Of a stretch of 64,000 bases of DNA, positions 27,638-40,716 are shown in pieces. A model generated the notes under the pieces. The model was not told the DNA's origin. It ran no database searches and saw nothing but the letters and a program-made list of their open reading frames with translations. The stretch comes from Amphiscolops sp. MND2022. Lineage: Eukaryota. The position numbers and the translations under genes are program-made. The stretch's first letter is position 1. Every line of letters starts with the position of its first letter. The DNA is taken from NCBI GenBank assembly GCA_964187785.1, contig OZ076409.1, positions 7,256,001 to 7,320,000 on the forward strand. Direction: 5' to 3'.

Positions 27638-30600
27638 TTAGCTTCCAAAGTATTTTCCAAGGGTATCTTTCCGGGAAATCATGGATACTCCTTTTATCGC
27701 TTTTGGGTCTTCTTTGGTCCGGGAAGGCAGCAAACAGACCACGTGATAATCATTGTAAAGGTCGTTAAACGTGTAATTCTGGGGAATTTCTTCCATCAGC
27801 GGGAAAGGACAATGGACGCCGGGGTTTTTAATCAACATCAGTAGTTTGACTAATTGAGGAGAAATTTTGAATTTTTCTAGTTTACTCTCCACGCCGGAAA
27901 AATCTGCCACTTCGATGTAATCTTTAGGGTGCTCGGCTTGGAATTTTCCCGTGAGTCCCAGTTTTTTGTATCTTCTGCAACGAAATGAAAATCATTAGAA
28001 CTGTAAGGTCATAAAATAGTGGAAAATTTTTGGAGAATTTTCTGAGAGTTATGTTACAATGTTCACAACTAAAAAGTCACTTTTGAGATTTTTCGGCATT
28101 TTGAGACCAATAAAATGTTTCATAGAAACGACATAAGTCGGCGACCCCATCAATATATTATTAAGACATCAATTTTGTTTATAACCTCAAAGCACAGCTA
28201 ACTACTTGACTTTTTACGAAAGATTAATCATCCGAGAGCCTCATACTTTGCAATAGTAAGCCCTAACCACAACGATATCCTGGTTTTTAATTCGATGAAA
28301 ATTTTTTTATAAAGCCTTGTCTAAAAAGCGTGGAAATGCTTTTAAATGACCCGTCTCTGTTAGTTATCTGAAAACGTGAAGTAAATAGAATTTCATTGGC
28401 CAATTTTTGCCATTTACAGTGACATAATGTAGCTCTGCGTTCTGGGTTTATTTATTCATTGGCATATTTTTACATTCCACATCAAAGTCTTCGAAATATT
28501 GGTTTATTTCATAACTGCAAGTTGTGATTCCCTAATTATATGTCCCCTATAAATAAATGTGTTGCAATCGGTAGAGATTTGAAGGTTTGAATAACGGTTC
28601 TTTTTCTCAAAAGTTTAACTTTTATATAGTTCTGGTCATCAACAGGTACCAGAGTCATAATCTTCAATGACACTTCTGTATTTTTTGGACAAAATTACAG
28701 AATTATACCCCGGTCATGTGCAGTACATTTCAAGTGAATTGGGGAAAACTAATTTTCGAAATCAAGGTGTGCTCATGAGGACTGCCAAAATTTCATACTC
28801 ACTGAGTGGTGCCTTCGAAAATCAATCGATCCATGAGTGCACATATTGCGGCAAACAGGTTCAGAGTGACTATTTCACCCTCCTCTTTAGGCGCGTGAAC
28901 GAACTGAAGGACGTTTTCGATCAAATTGGGCTCTGGGAGCTGCACAGAACCTTTCTTGCCCAAATACACAATCTCCATCAATGTCTGCAAATGCTAAACA
29001 GAGAGTGCTTATAGAGGAAAATATACCTCTTGCAAATCAAATTCAACATTCTCACATTCAAGTTCAACACAAGAAAATTCAAGTTCAACGTGAAAACTTT
29101 CTAAATCAACGCGGATTTTTTCAACGGTTGCTCACATTAGAGTTTGACAAATCACTTCAAATTCGTCATTTCCGTAGCAAGTCGTAGTCACTCGAAAAAA
29201 AATCAAATCTTGAAATGCCCGGAGACAGATACCAAAAAGTGTCATTAAATGACAAAAAAGACCCAGAGAAGCTCATATGAAGTAAGTCAATCATGTTTCT
29301 GAACAAAAAACTTCTTTTTCACGCATCTTTTTTTTTCTAGTGGGTTTTGACGCATCTTTTTTTTCACTGGTGAAGATTTTATTCAATTGACCCAGTTTTG
29401 GGAGTCAACAGAACGACTGCCTACTGTATTGTGAACTTGATCATTTGGAAAAATGATGATGAAGCATTTGCATAAAAAACGAACAAAAATTTCTGAAAAA
29501 ATTGTGAAAAGTAGATTAAACCAGAGCCGCATATGCGGTAAAGGAGTCGCCTAGGTCTTTTTCCTTCTGACTTGGTCGAATCCCAGTCATACCAATTTAT
29601 TGAAATTGCACATATAGGACCATATTATGATGCTGAACGACTGTCGAAAATTTCGTTCGAATCGAATGGAGAGTTTTGAGAAAATCGAAAAAAAGTCGAA
29701 AAATGGTTGTTTTTTGGCCATTTTTGGGCTAACTTTTGCTATCTTTCTCAGATCCCAGTCATACGAACTTGATTTCATTGTGCACACAGGGGCCCCTTTG
29801 GGTGTAGAATGACTGTGCAAAATTTTATTAAAATCGTATAGACAGTTTGAGAAAGTTGAAATTATCATTGAAAGGTCGGGAGAAAAAAACGACACGATTG
29901 CATGAGTAGTCGAAAGTTTTTTCCGAATCCGAAAAGTTGCGCAAAAATACAGAAAAATACCACCTCGAAATTCGAGAACATATTCAGGATTTTGTTTAGG
30001 TTTTTTCTAGGGAAGTGTTTTATAAGTTTGACAATCTTTAAAGTTTTTTGAAAATGAAAAAAAATTAAACAGTTGAAAAACTGTTTAAGGTGAAAAATTG
30101 TTGTTATAAATAATTTGAAAAAAAAAACCACGGAATAGTTGGCATAATATAACTTTTCCTGTTAACAGATACATAGCAATCAGAAAAAATTATCCAATTA
30201 TTCCATGGATTGAAAAAATTAGGTAACTAACTTGTGCTTCGATCGGAAAAGACTTGAGTTTTGTCCCTTTGATGAGATTAGTGAAGTTATCAAGATGATT
30301 CTGGCTGACCATACACCTGTTTTCCAGATACTGGCAGGGTGTCATGGCTGAAATAATCCAGAAGTGAACCCAAAAATTGGATATTTTCCTAAAATTCGAC
30401 CATTTCATCAGTTTCATGCTTTCAATGGACAGGGTATTTAACTTTGGGCCTACGAAACAATGCGCTTAGTATTTGGGTGAGATTTATCGGAAACATTTCA
30501 AGAACAATATCAGCGAAGTCAGTGATGTCCCTTTTTATTTTCCTTTAAACATCGATCCTTTAAAAAGATTTTCCTTTAAAGGATCCTTTTTCCTTTAAAC

Positions 30601-31423
30601 AAAATAAAAAGGAAATTTGACAGCAATTATAAATACGAATAGTGCGGTGAGAAAATTATTCTATGAATCTATTCTGGATTTTTTGGTGCAGCTGCTTACC
30701 ATAATGGGTCGAACTAATCGATTTGGTTTTTTGCTGATGTTTTTTGGTGCGACACGTATTAATCCAAGCAAAATATCTCTAATATGGTGCAGAATGACTG
30801 TAGAAAATTTCGTTCGAATCATTTGGAGCTAAATATTATAGAAAATCGTATGAACAGTTCATGAGAAATTTGAATTTTCATTGAAAGGTCGGGAGAAAAA
30901 ATCGACACTATTGCATAAGTAGTCGAAAATTTTTCCGACTCCTAATAATTCCGACAAAATCAGACACGCGTTTTCAGCATAGTAATTCAATGCAATTCCA
31001 AATTTCAGCCAGTCAGATTACAACATAAATATTCACTGAGTGAAGTAAGTTCAAGCTAAGTTCATATCATCAAAATTGGGAGGATAGCGAATATGAAACT
31101 CAAACAGATTGAAACTCAAAATTTTTTTGTATCAAAGAACCAAGTTGAAAATAAAACTGGATTACTTTCGAGGGTTTTGTAGTCAATCGGGAGCTCAAAG
31201 CGTGTGCCAGTCATAATTCCAGACAGAGAAGTTTTCTGCTTCACCTCCAGCTGAAACAAAAAATTGCTCAACATTTTTCAGGAACTGAAAAAACTCCGTA
31301 TAAAAAAGAAGTTTTTTATCAAAAAAAAGTAAAAGTGACTGAAGATAGATTAATTGTAGAAGGCTATGGGTCCCAATTACTAACTGGAGTTTGAGTTTCT
31401 TTCGGTACCAGTTGCTTCCTTGC
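27638..31423 (-). CDS. Mirror copy of the unknown multi-exon gene
   Basis: Same exon set. Has TTA (30441-30439) where the left copy has TGA. One internal exon still does not read through cleanly, so intactness is uncertain. Confidence 0.5.
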
Positions 31424-33938
31424 CTGCACAGAAAAAAAAATTTTTACTAACGTCAATGCAAAATTTAGAAAGCCCCAAGTTTGAAGCCAGGCAGGGATAC
31501 GTTTACAAAAAACATTTGATGGAAATCAAATTATGTTCAGTGTTTTTAGTCGGCGCCTTTTCCTTTTAAGGAAAAATGCCCGACTATAGCAGTGACCTTT
31601 TTTTTCTTCAGACTACAATCCTCACACTGATCGGTCCACTTTTTATTTAGGCCAAGTCCGGCCGATGCAAACTTAGTCCAAAGGGTCCCCTCTTTCATTT
31701 TTTACTTTTTCAAGGAAACCTACAAAACCGGACGTACCTAAAGGTCCCCCCTTTGAATTTTTCCGGCTCTGTGCAATTTTTTATCGAAAATTTTTTAGTG
31801 TCCCCAATGGGTCCACCCTTCGAGTTTTTTGATATTTTGCATCAAAATTTATGTTAAAAAATCCAAAAGTGTCCCTCTTCTACATTTTTCGACACTATGC
31901 GACATTTTTCGAAAGAAAAAATTTCATAAATTTCAAATTTTTTTCCCAATAAAAATGTTTTGCGCTTTTTGAGCCTCAAATATAGCGCCGACTTTAGACG
32001 TTCTCGTGTTGTTTTCTGAAAATCTTTCGGCAACCAGCACCAATGGAGAAAAAGAAGGAATTTTAAGATTAACCACTGGCGATGAGGTCATGTATGTGTT
32101 CAGCAAGTTAGCAGTTCCTAAGTTACAAGGTGCCAATTTTGCAAACTTTTGCATACAACAGGTTTGAAACTATAATGGTTCAATTTAAAACAAGCCGGAA
32201 ACGGCTCAAATCGGACTTCTTAAAGATGCAAGTTAAATGCAAACATCAAACGAGACGGGAACGTCTAAAAACCGCGCTATATCGAAGGCTCAAAAAGCGC
32301 AAAGTTTTTAAAATTGTAAAAAGGGGGACCCTTTGGGTTTTTTGGAAGTCCAGTCTGTTGCAAAGCATCAAAAAATTTGAAGGGGGACCCCTTGGAGGCA
32401 GAAAAAAGACGAAAAAAAGTCCCACAGTGCCGGAAAAAAATTCAAAGAGGGGACCCTATAGTCTCGTCCGGTTTTGTATCTTACGTTAAAATGGAATAAA
32501 TGAAAGGGGGGCCTTTTTTGGTTGCGTTTCTGGTTGCCGGTCCAGTAGTTTAGTAGTTCTGTAACAAGTGTCCACTACGCATACATTCTGTTGCATAGTC
32601 ACTGTAATAGTCGGGCTTTTTTCAAAAGAAAACACGCCGACTAAAAACACCCCAATTGATGAAAAAAGTTGTTAAAATCGTACAGTGCCTAAAAACCTTA
32701 CGATGGGACGTTTGAAGCTTGAAAAACCTCTTTTTGGAAGTTGAAACACAAGAAAAACGGAACGAAGAACATGCTGTGAAATAGATTTTTTCGGAGATCC
32801 TTTGACACGCCAAGGGTTTGAAAACAAATATATTTAGTGCTAGGCAAACATCGAACCAACGTCAGTCTGCTTAGGAAGCGCCCACCCTAACTGTCTGGCG
32901 GCGTGAACAAAAACTCCGTAAAGTGGACCATTCGCATAGACATTAGGTGGTCTTACGAATAAAACTAATCACTGCAATAATCAGGTCCGTTTCCTTATGA
33001 AATGCGCCGACTACAAAATATATCCAGTATTTTGACGTTATATTTAGATTTTATCACTATAATTTGGTTGCATCCGGAAACAGGTTTTCGGTAGTTTATT
33101 TCGGAAACACAACCACATTTGAGACGTTTTGAACCTGCGTCTCTCGGCTTTTTACTTCAACGCTTTAACAACTAGGCCATCGATTCGCAGATCTGGTGCG
33201 GAATCCAAAATAACTCTGAAAAAAATGTGTCACTGTGAAAGTCTCGCTCGTTGCAAAAAAGTAGTTTTCAAAAGCGTCAACTGAAGCGTAGACTGATAGT
33301 AAAAAAATACTACCAAGAACACCAGTACCAGTTAGATTTTTTTGAAATTTGTACCTTTAAAAAAAGTTCCAATTGTTACATCGGAAAGGTCCATTGGTCT
33401 ACTTGCTGTACGTAGGATGTACACCAATGCGTTGTCACCGCATTATGTTCGATTTCCATTGGTCCACTGTTGAGAATTCGATGGGACATAACTGGGTTAT
33501 TAGTAAAAATAAATGGGATTCGTATTTTTGATAGCAATCATTAAAAATGCAAATATTCTAGGGGAAACGCACTGAAACAAGTTTTTTGATTAAATTTTCT
33601 AGCGTGTACAGAGAAAAATGCACCAGACAAAAGCGCCACCCAAACTTGCTTTGCGAGCAGACTTTGCGCACCTCTTACTAAACCTAATTGAACATGTTTA
33701 ATGAATCAAAAACCCACTGGTAAGGTCAGGTTTGACATTTTGTAACTTAACAAGCTAGTTTTGGCATTTGAGAACAAAATAATTTCTTAATGAAGAAATT
33801 TGTCAATCCGTTGTTTCAACAGGAAAAACTGAATAATGTTCAATAAGAGTGAGAATTTTGATGGGGGTGAAGAATTGGCAATTACCCAGTCGGCTTTGAT
33901 TGGCGACTTCAGACTTTAGCGGTCTTGACTGGTGGGCT

Positions 33939-35895
33939 CAGGCGTTGCCAAAAATTGATTCGACAGATTCCATTGCCAATTTTTTACAATCAATTAATTG
34001 ATTTTTGGTTTTTTACAATTACAATTGATTGATTGAACGTTAGCCAAATAATTGCAATGTATTTGTGTGAAATTTATAGGCTATAAATTTCTGCTGGGGA
34101 ATTCCCAAACAGCCGAAGTACCAAACAGCAGAAAATGAAAAATTGGTCTCAAACAGCAGAATATTTCTTTATGTTGAAATCTGATTGGCTGAAATTTGAA
34201 AGCGAATTGAATTCACTAAGCTGAAAACGCGTGTCAAATTTTGTCGGAATTATTATTATAACGTAGTCAGCTATGTTCACATACCCCTAGTGCCCTAAAT
34301 GCAGGAACGAAGCGAAGCGGAGCGACGTGCCATATGGCCATGCCTCAATGTTGCTACTTGGCGAAGGGAGCGAAGCGACCGAGCCATACAAAAAATATGC
34401 AAACGTTTTCAAATAAATCAAAATCCAACATATTGGCTGCAAGAGCACTAAAAGCTAGTATTTTGAATTCGGCTGTATGGGACCAAATTTTCATTTTCTG
34501 CTGTATGAATAGGCACCTTTCTGCTGGCCATCCAGGCGATAATGCTTGTTTAAATGACAGGCATTAACGCGTAAACAAAGAATGAAAGCGTCAACGCGTG
34601 AACAAATACGAGTCTGTATTCGAAATTTCAAACGATGCGGTCAGGGATGAAAATAATTCACGCTGATTGTCACTGTTTGTGATTGGGACATTTTGTGAAA
34701 ACAACGTAGTGCTTTCCATAGAAACTGCAGCGGAAATTTCACAGCGTGAATTAATTCCAACTCTAGCTGCGGCGTATACCACTACATCGGCTCTGCTGGC
34801 TTGCTCTAGATTCCATGTCGTCGGCTAAAAATCTTTGCTGTGGATATTCCAAATTAGAAACGAAAAAGATCACAAATGGACTTACCACTGCGGAAAAAGT
34901 TTCCCAGAAACAAATTCATGGGTAGACAATGCTATTAAATGACATCAAACCTCAGCATGGAGGCGACTGTTGAAAACCAGACGCGTGTGAATTTCGAGAG
35001 AATGGGTAGAATTGATCGAAAGGCTAACAACATATACAGTTGGGTTAACTGGATTTGCACTTCGTTAAAACCATTCAGCCTTGTAGAAGGGAGACGCCTT
35101 GACACGCCTATGTACAAACCTGGAACCAAATTCTGTCAATTTGCTCGAAAAATACATGGACGTTATCACGGAAGAGGTCAAGGGTCAAATAAGAAAACTG
35201 TTACCCTCAAAGTTTGCAATTTGTTTGGATGGCTGGACAAAGAAACCTACATATTTCATAGGAACTTTGCGGCGTTTTAATTCGAGAGCAATAAATATGA
35301 AACAGCGTTGCTTGCGTTCGCCCCATTCTTGAAGAAAACTAATTTCACTGCCAAAGATCATAATGACCTATTACTTTGGTTTCTTGATCTTTACAGTAAA
35401 AACTTCGTGAATATAAAAGCAATTATTGGGGACAACGCGGAGATGAACAAGGCGTTTGGGAAATATTTTAACAAACCACTTATTGGTTGCGCGTCGCATA
35501 GGTTCAAACTGAGTCACTGAAATTACCATTGGTGAATCAAACTCAATCAAGTCCCTGCTCGGACAAAAATGTTGCTATTAGAATTCTAAAACGCCGGAAA
35601 CTTGAAACGCCAAAGAATGAGTCGCAATATTTGTGTACCAAATTCTTCTTGCCAACCTCTAATCTAGTCGAAAGATTTTTTAGATTTTCTGGATATGTCT
35701 CAGACAGGCGCTGAATCCTTCAAATTCGGAATCGCAGTTGTTCCTCAAATTGATCAAAAAGTACTAGGACAAAAAACTAGTTTGTCGTGCAATTAATTTC
35801 AATTAATATTTTTTGGCCCAGTTAATTGATTTATCGTTATATATAATTGCAATTAAATTATTTTTCGTTGCGCACATAATTTTTGATAACCCCTG
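33939..35895 (+). mobile_element. Decayed hAT DNA transposon (partial mirror at 1-1099)
   Basis: Imperfect TIRs CAGGCGTTGCCAAAAAT / ATTTTTGATAACCCCTG; 8-bp TSD GGTGGGCT/GGTGTGCT (7/8); internal transposase fragments. Confidence 0.85.
34860..35770 (+). pseudogene. Frameshifted, internally deleted hAT transposase
   Basis: Fragments across frames: NIYSWVNWI...PFSLVE, FAICLDGWT, AIIGDN, PLIGCASHRF (CxxH) and PTSNLVERFF (start of the C-terminal dimerisation domain). Confidence 0.85.
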
Positions 35896-37974
35896 GGTGT
35901 GCTTTCTACTGGGGCATTTTCGTCCGGTTACCGACCGGTTCAAGTTTTCAGATTGGCTTGCCCAGTTAGACACCAAGTTTTTTAGAATAACAGCTATTAT
36001 TAATCCAATTATTAATTATTCATAACAGTTAACGGTTCAGTGAAGTAGTCAAAAATCGAATCAAACTTACCAGTTTCTTTTTTCTAGCTGCCAATTCTTG
36101 GCTGAGGTTTTGCAAAATCTGAGGATACGAGATTGCTGGTATAAATAGGGATGAAAAGTCGAGAATTGTTTCAAACTTCATACCCAAAGCTTTAAATAAG
36201 TCAAGCTTGGGGAACTTGTTGTTTATTGATCCATTTTTTTCACCGACGACAAAACGGTTGAGGAAAAAAATTGCAAGATCAGAAGTTTCGATGCATCAAT
36301 GACATGAATGCATGCACAAAAAATTCATCGAAGTTGAAGCCTTTATTGAAACATGCAAAATTTCGCGGGAGTTTTTTCTTTAATTTCCTTGATGTTGCTC
36401 CGAAAACACGCCAAATTTTATAGAAATCCTAATAAAAAGCAGGAGAAATAGCATTGCATCGGGGAGGGAAATATTTAGCATTAATGATTCTCTCTGAAAC
36501 TCCCAAAATCATGCTAAAAGTGCTTGGTAGCCTTTGAAATCATATAAAAGGTTCAAGCCGTTTCAACTAGGGAAAATGACCGTTTTCGATCGATGACTCA
36601 TAATCATCAGTGACGTCTCATCCCTGGCAACAGTACCCGCAGCTGTTCGGGAAAAGGGGCCTTCCCGTTGACCACTTGTTCCAGAGTGGGCGTATCCACA
36701 GCCCGGATCAGCTTCTTGTGTCGATCCAGTGAATCCCTGCAAACAGCCAACTTGAGTGAGTTTCTGTTCACAATCAGGCAAGTAAAATACAGTCGAACTC
36801 GGATAAAAGAAATATTCGGATATAAGAAACGTTTTAACTCCTCTGCTTTGTCTACAAAATTCCCATGGCTTTTGCGCGAAGTACATACGATTGACAGAAC
36901 TATGTTAATTACGTTTTTCGACCGTCGGAACAAAGAAAACAGCTACAAAGGATGACAATAGCGTGCTTCAATAAAGCTGATTTGGCAAACCAGATGTTCA
37001 CTTAGTAAATGAAACTTCTTAGGCAAAATTAACGAGCTAGTGAGTGACGTCAACAATGAAATAATTCGAATCGGCTAAGTCAGAGTTGGTCTCCGAGAGC
37101 GAATTTTACTAAGTCCCACTTTTGGTCGGAAATATTCTAAGGTACACTATGAAAAACCAATGGTCATAAAATTGGAACCCCCCCAATGGTTTTTCTCATA
37201 GACTATTATTCGTAGAGACCTGAATTTTGGTTCACCTGAGCTGTTATGCTACGTGTTTATAAAAACGGAACCGAGCCCAGCCCCGGGCTATTAGCACCGG
37301 AAGTGACCTAGGTCAACCCCCCTACGAACTCGTCGACCAAGCACGGAATAAGTCATGTTATGTATGGAATTAGTAGCCGACAGGATATTAAGACGTTTGC
37401 GTATAATTTCGGAACCCTACGACGCACGTTGGAGGAGCACGGACCTAATGTAAAAAAAACCGGAATGTTATGTAAAAAACCACCAGATGACCTGAGGACT
37501 GAGGATCATGAAACTTACCTAAAAAGTTCACCTAGCAATCCTAAGTAATATACATAGAAGATATATTATTCGGTCCACCATGAGCGGAGTAATGTTTGTT
37601 TAAGGCACTCGGAACCGGACTCGCAGGCTCGACGGATAAATGACATTTGACTTGGCTTGTAATACCTCAAACGAACCGGAATATCGATTGTAGTTGAATA
37701 CTAACGAGAATGGATCCTTGTTTGTAACCCATGCGGGGGTCACCGCCTAAAGTAAACAAACCATACGCATAGCATGTAACTCGGGAGCCATTGACCCTAG
37801 GATGATATAGCTTGGCATGTAGCAACTTTGGATGAGGACAAACAACTTTAAGGTTACGGAAGGACCTCAAGGTCATTTTAGATGCAACCCATGAACAGCA
37901 ACCCCTGCCAAATTTCCACAATCTTCACATTTTAATTACATGGCTATAACTTGACTCGATGAACATGATTCAAG

Positions 37975-37976
<2 letters not shown>

Positions 37977-38032
<56 letters not shown>
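37977..38032. repeat. (CT)n microsatellite
   Basis: Direct observation. Confidence 0.97.
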
Positions 38033-38036
<4 letters not shown>

Positions 38037-38038
38037 GT

Positions 38039-38798
38039 AACAAGACGGGAACGTCTAAAGTGGGCGCTATATCTAAGGCTCAAGAAAGCGCTAAGTTTTT
38101 AAACTTGTAAAAGGGGGGACCCTTTCAGCTTTTTGAAAATCCAGTCTGTTGCAAAATATCAAAAAAATTGAATGAGACAATAAAAAAATTCGGAAATTTT
38201 TTTGAAAAAACTTTCGAAAAAACGAAAAATGAGAAATTTGGAACAGTCTCACAGTACCGAAAACTAGAGAGGGGGGACCCTTTGGGCTTTTTGAAACTTC
38301 AGTTTGCTGCAAAATATCAAAAAACTTGAAGGGGAACCGTTTGGCGACAAAAGAAAAATTTGAAAATTTTTTGAAAAAAATTCAAAAAAACGAAAAATGA
38401 GAATTTTGAAAGTCTCACAGTGCCGAAAAACTAGAAAGGAGGGACCCTTTGGGCTTTTTGAAACTTCAGTTTGCTGCAAAATATCAAAAAACTTGAAGGG
38501 GGGACCGTTTGGCGACAAAAGAAAATTCGAAAAAAAAGTCGCACAGTGCCGAAAAAAATTCAAAGGGGGGACCCTGTAGTCCCGTCCGGCTTTGTATCTT
38601 ACGTTAAAAATTGAGTACACGAAAGGGGGGACCCTTTGCAGTAACTCAGATGTGGTTCCGCTTGCCGGTTCAGTACTTTTAGTAGTTCTGTAAAAAGTGT
38701 CCACTACGCATACATTCTGTGGTCTGCGAAAAAAAAAGAAAAAAAAACTTGCCACTGTCATAGTCGGGCTCATTTTGATAAAATGCGCCGACTAAAAA
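38039..38798 (-). mobile_element. Helentron-like family A copy with internally repeated ~175 bp unit
   Basis: AACAAGACGGGAACGTCTAAAG...GCGCCGACTAAAAA. Confidence 0.75.
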
Positions 38799-39182
38799 TG
38801 GGAATATGATCTAACGGGAATAAGATCTTAAATTTCAAGACGGGGATAAGATCTAAAGCGAAAAAGATCTAAAATCACTAAAATTTAGATCTTATTCTTT
38901 AGATCCTATTCCCCCCTCCCAAAATAGATATGGCTCAGTTGCTGAAGGCGAAAAGGGCGGAAAATATCCCGGTGCTTAGCCTTATGCCGGTGATCTTATT
39001 TTCTCTGTAATAGTGAAGTTTCAAAATCTGATTGTACTGAGATTGACAGGACAGTTTAGCCATGCTTTATCATAAAATTCCTGCTCGCCACCTGGGAAGT
39101 TAGATATTGAAAGACACAGTAGCTTAGACTGATGATAATTTATGGAAAAAAGAGGAGACAATTTACATCTAAAATGGCTTAT

Positions 39183-39864
39183 TGTGAGAACTCTGACCTA
39201 GGGTCTCTCTTAGATCTCCTACAGATCGTGAATCCTTCTTTGCAATTTTTATTTTAGGCCCAGATACGCTTTCCCTGTTTTCCTGGCTATTCGGGGACGA
39301 ACTGGCCTCAGTGTCCCTGTGCCCAGCAGAGGACATTGAACTAGCAATGTTTTGGATTTCTGGAATGACTCTTTCATTTATAGCTGTTGTGACGGCTCTA
39401 TTTATTTGATTATGCATCATTGACATCATAGAATCCATTTCTTGAGACAATCTGAGATTAAACTCATTCGAGAAGGTTTCAAAGGAGTGTCTGATTTCAT
39501 TTTGTCTCAGTACATCATTTTCATGCTGATAATCTCTATATTCATTCTCTAGGTACGTGTGTGTATCAGCGTCCCCATGGGCCGACGACTGATCTATAGC
39601 TTCAGCTAATTCTCTTTCTATGGGATTATTATTGTTATTTCCCAGCATCACATCTAAGTTTTCAAAGTCGGACATCATGTCCATTTCCCTAGATTTTCTA
39701 GCTTTCGCTTTCTGGCGTCTAGTAGAAGGCATAAGAGATTATTGCAAGAGGTAAGAATTTAAATTAAGTTCTCAGGCTTGCAAATTCAGTGTGAGATTAC
39801 TAAGTATCAAGTAACAAGCATGTAGTAAGGTCAAACTTCTTGTTCCCCGGACTAAATGTCTCCG

Positions 39865-39906
<42 letters not shown>

Positions 39907-40716
39907 CAAACTACATGACACGCATAATATTGATCATCATATTCTAATAATAGCCTTAAGGGCTTTCTAAAAATAGCAACAGTTCTAAACCTAGTAACGG
40001 TTAACTAGTGACATCATCATACATCAAAAGGCCTTTCCCAACAGTTATTGTGGCGGGAAGACTGAAGGTCCATGCGGACAAGCAACGCCACATGTATGAA
40101 CGCAATAAACTACATGTATTTCAACATTTTCTAATTGCATGAAATATATCAAAGGCATTGATGGTGTACTATTAAACACAGATTACATGTCCTCTAAGGA
40201 CTAATAATTCACTAAATAAGACAATAAAGCACCGGTTATTATGCAATTCATAACACTTTCCAGCAAGCGCTTTTGATTTGATAAACGGCCTCAGCGTCCA
40301 ACCGACATGAGTGGACCGAGATATTATTGACTGGCGGCATATGGCCGTTCAGTCCCTTTAATCTAGCAGCATAATACAGCGCCGAATAAAGAAAGTACTG
40401 CACTGTGATTGGTTAGCGAGTTAATTGGACTGGTAGACCAAGGCGACAGGCGAGAAAACATTTGAACGCGTTTCCTCTACCTGTACGCCTTGGTGTCCAA
40501 TTTACTAGCAATGTACAAATTAGCGCCGGTATTACGTAATACTAAATCATCATTACATGATATTTTATATTCAGAATAACTAAATTACATGACTTTTGAG
40601 ATACAAATGCAGTTCATTTAAAAAGTTTCAATTTAAATGGATCGTGTTGGGTAAAGCTTTTTGATAGTTGTGGCAAATAGAGTACAAGTTGCCATCACAG
40701 GCGGACGCCTGGGACA
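39183..40716 (-). repeat. 3' LTR (1534 bp)
   Basis: About 10 substitutions relative to the 5' LTR counted by eye, plus (TA)20 versus (TA)8. Confidence 0.93.

Larger units (their letters stand above)
20619..35037. repeat. Right arm of the large inverted duplication
   Basis: Near-identical reverse complement of 1-15123 with scattered substitutions and indels. Confidence 0.95.

Noticed and set aside
36563..36955. Cluster of ~100 aa ORFs, possible exon
   Set aside because: No recognisable domain or consistent splice model.
39169..39732. Apparent truncated second element in tandem (187 aa gag fragment)
   Set aside because: It is simply the gag-coding part of the 3' LTR.
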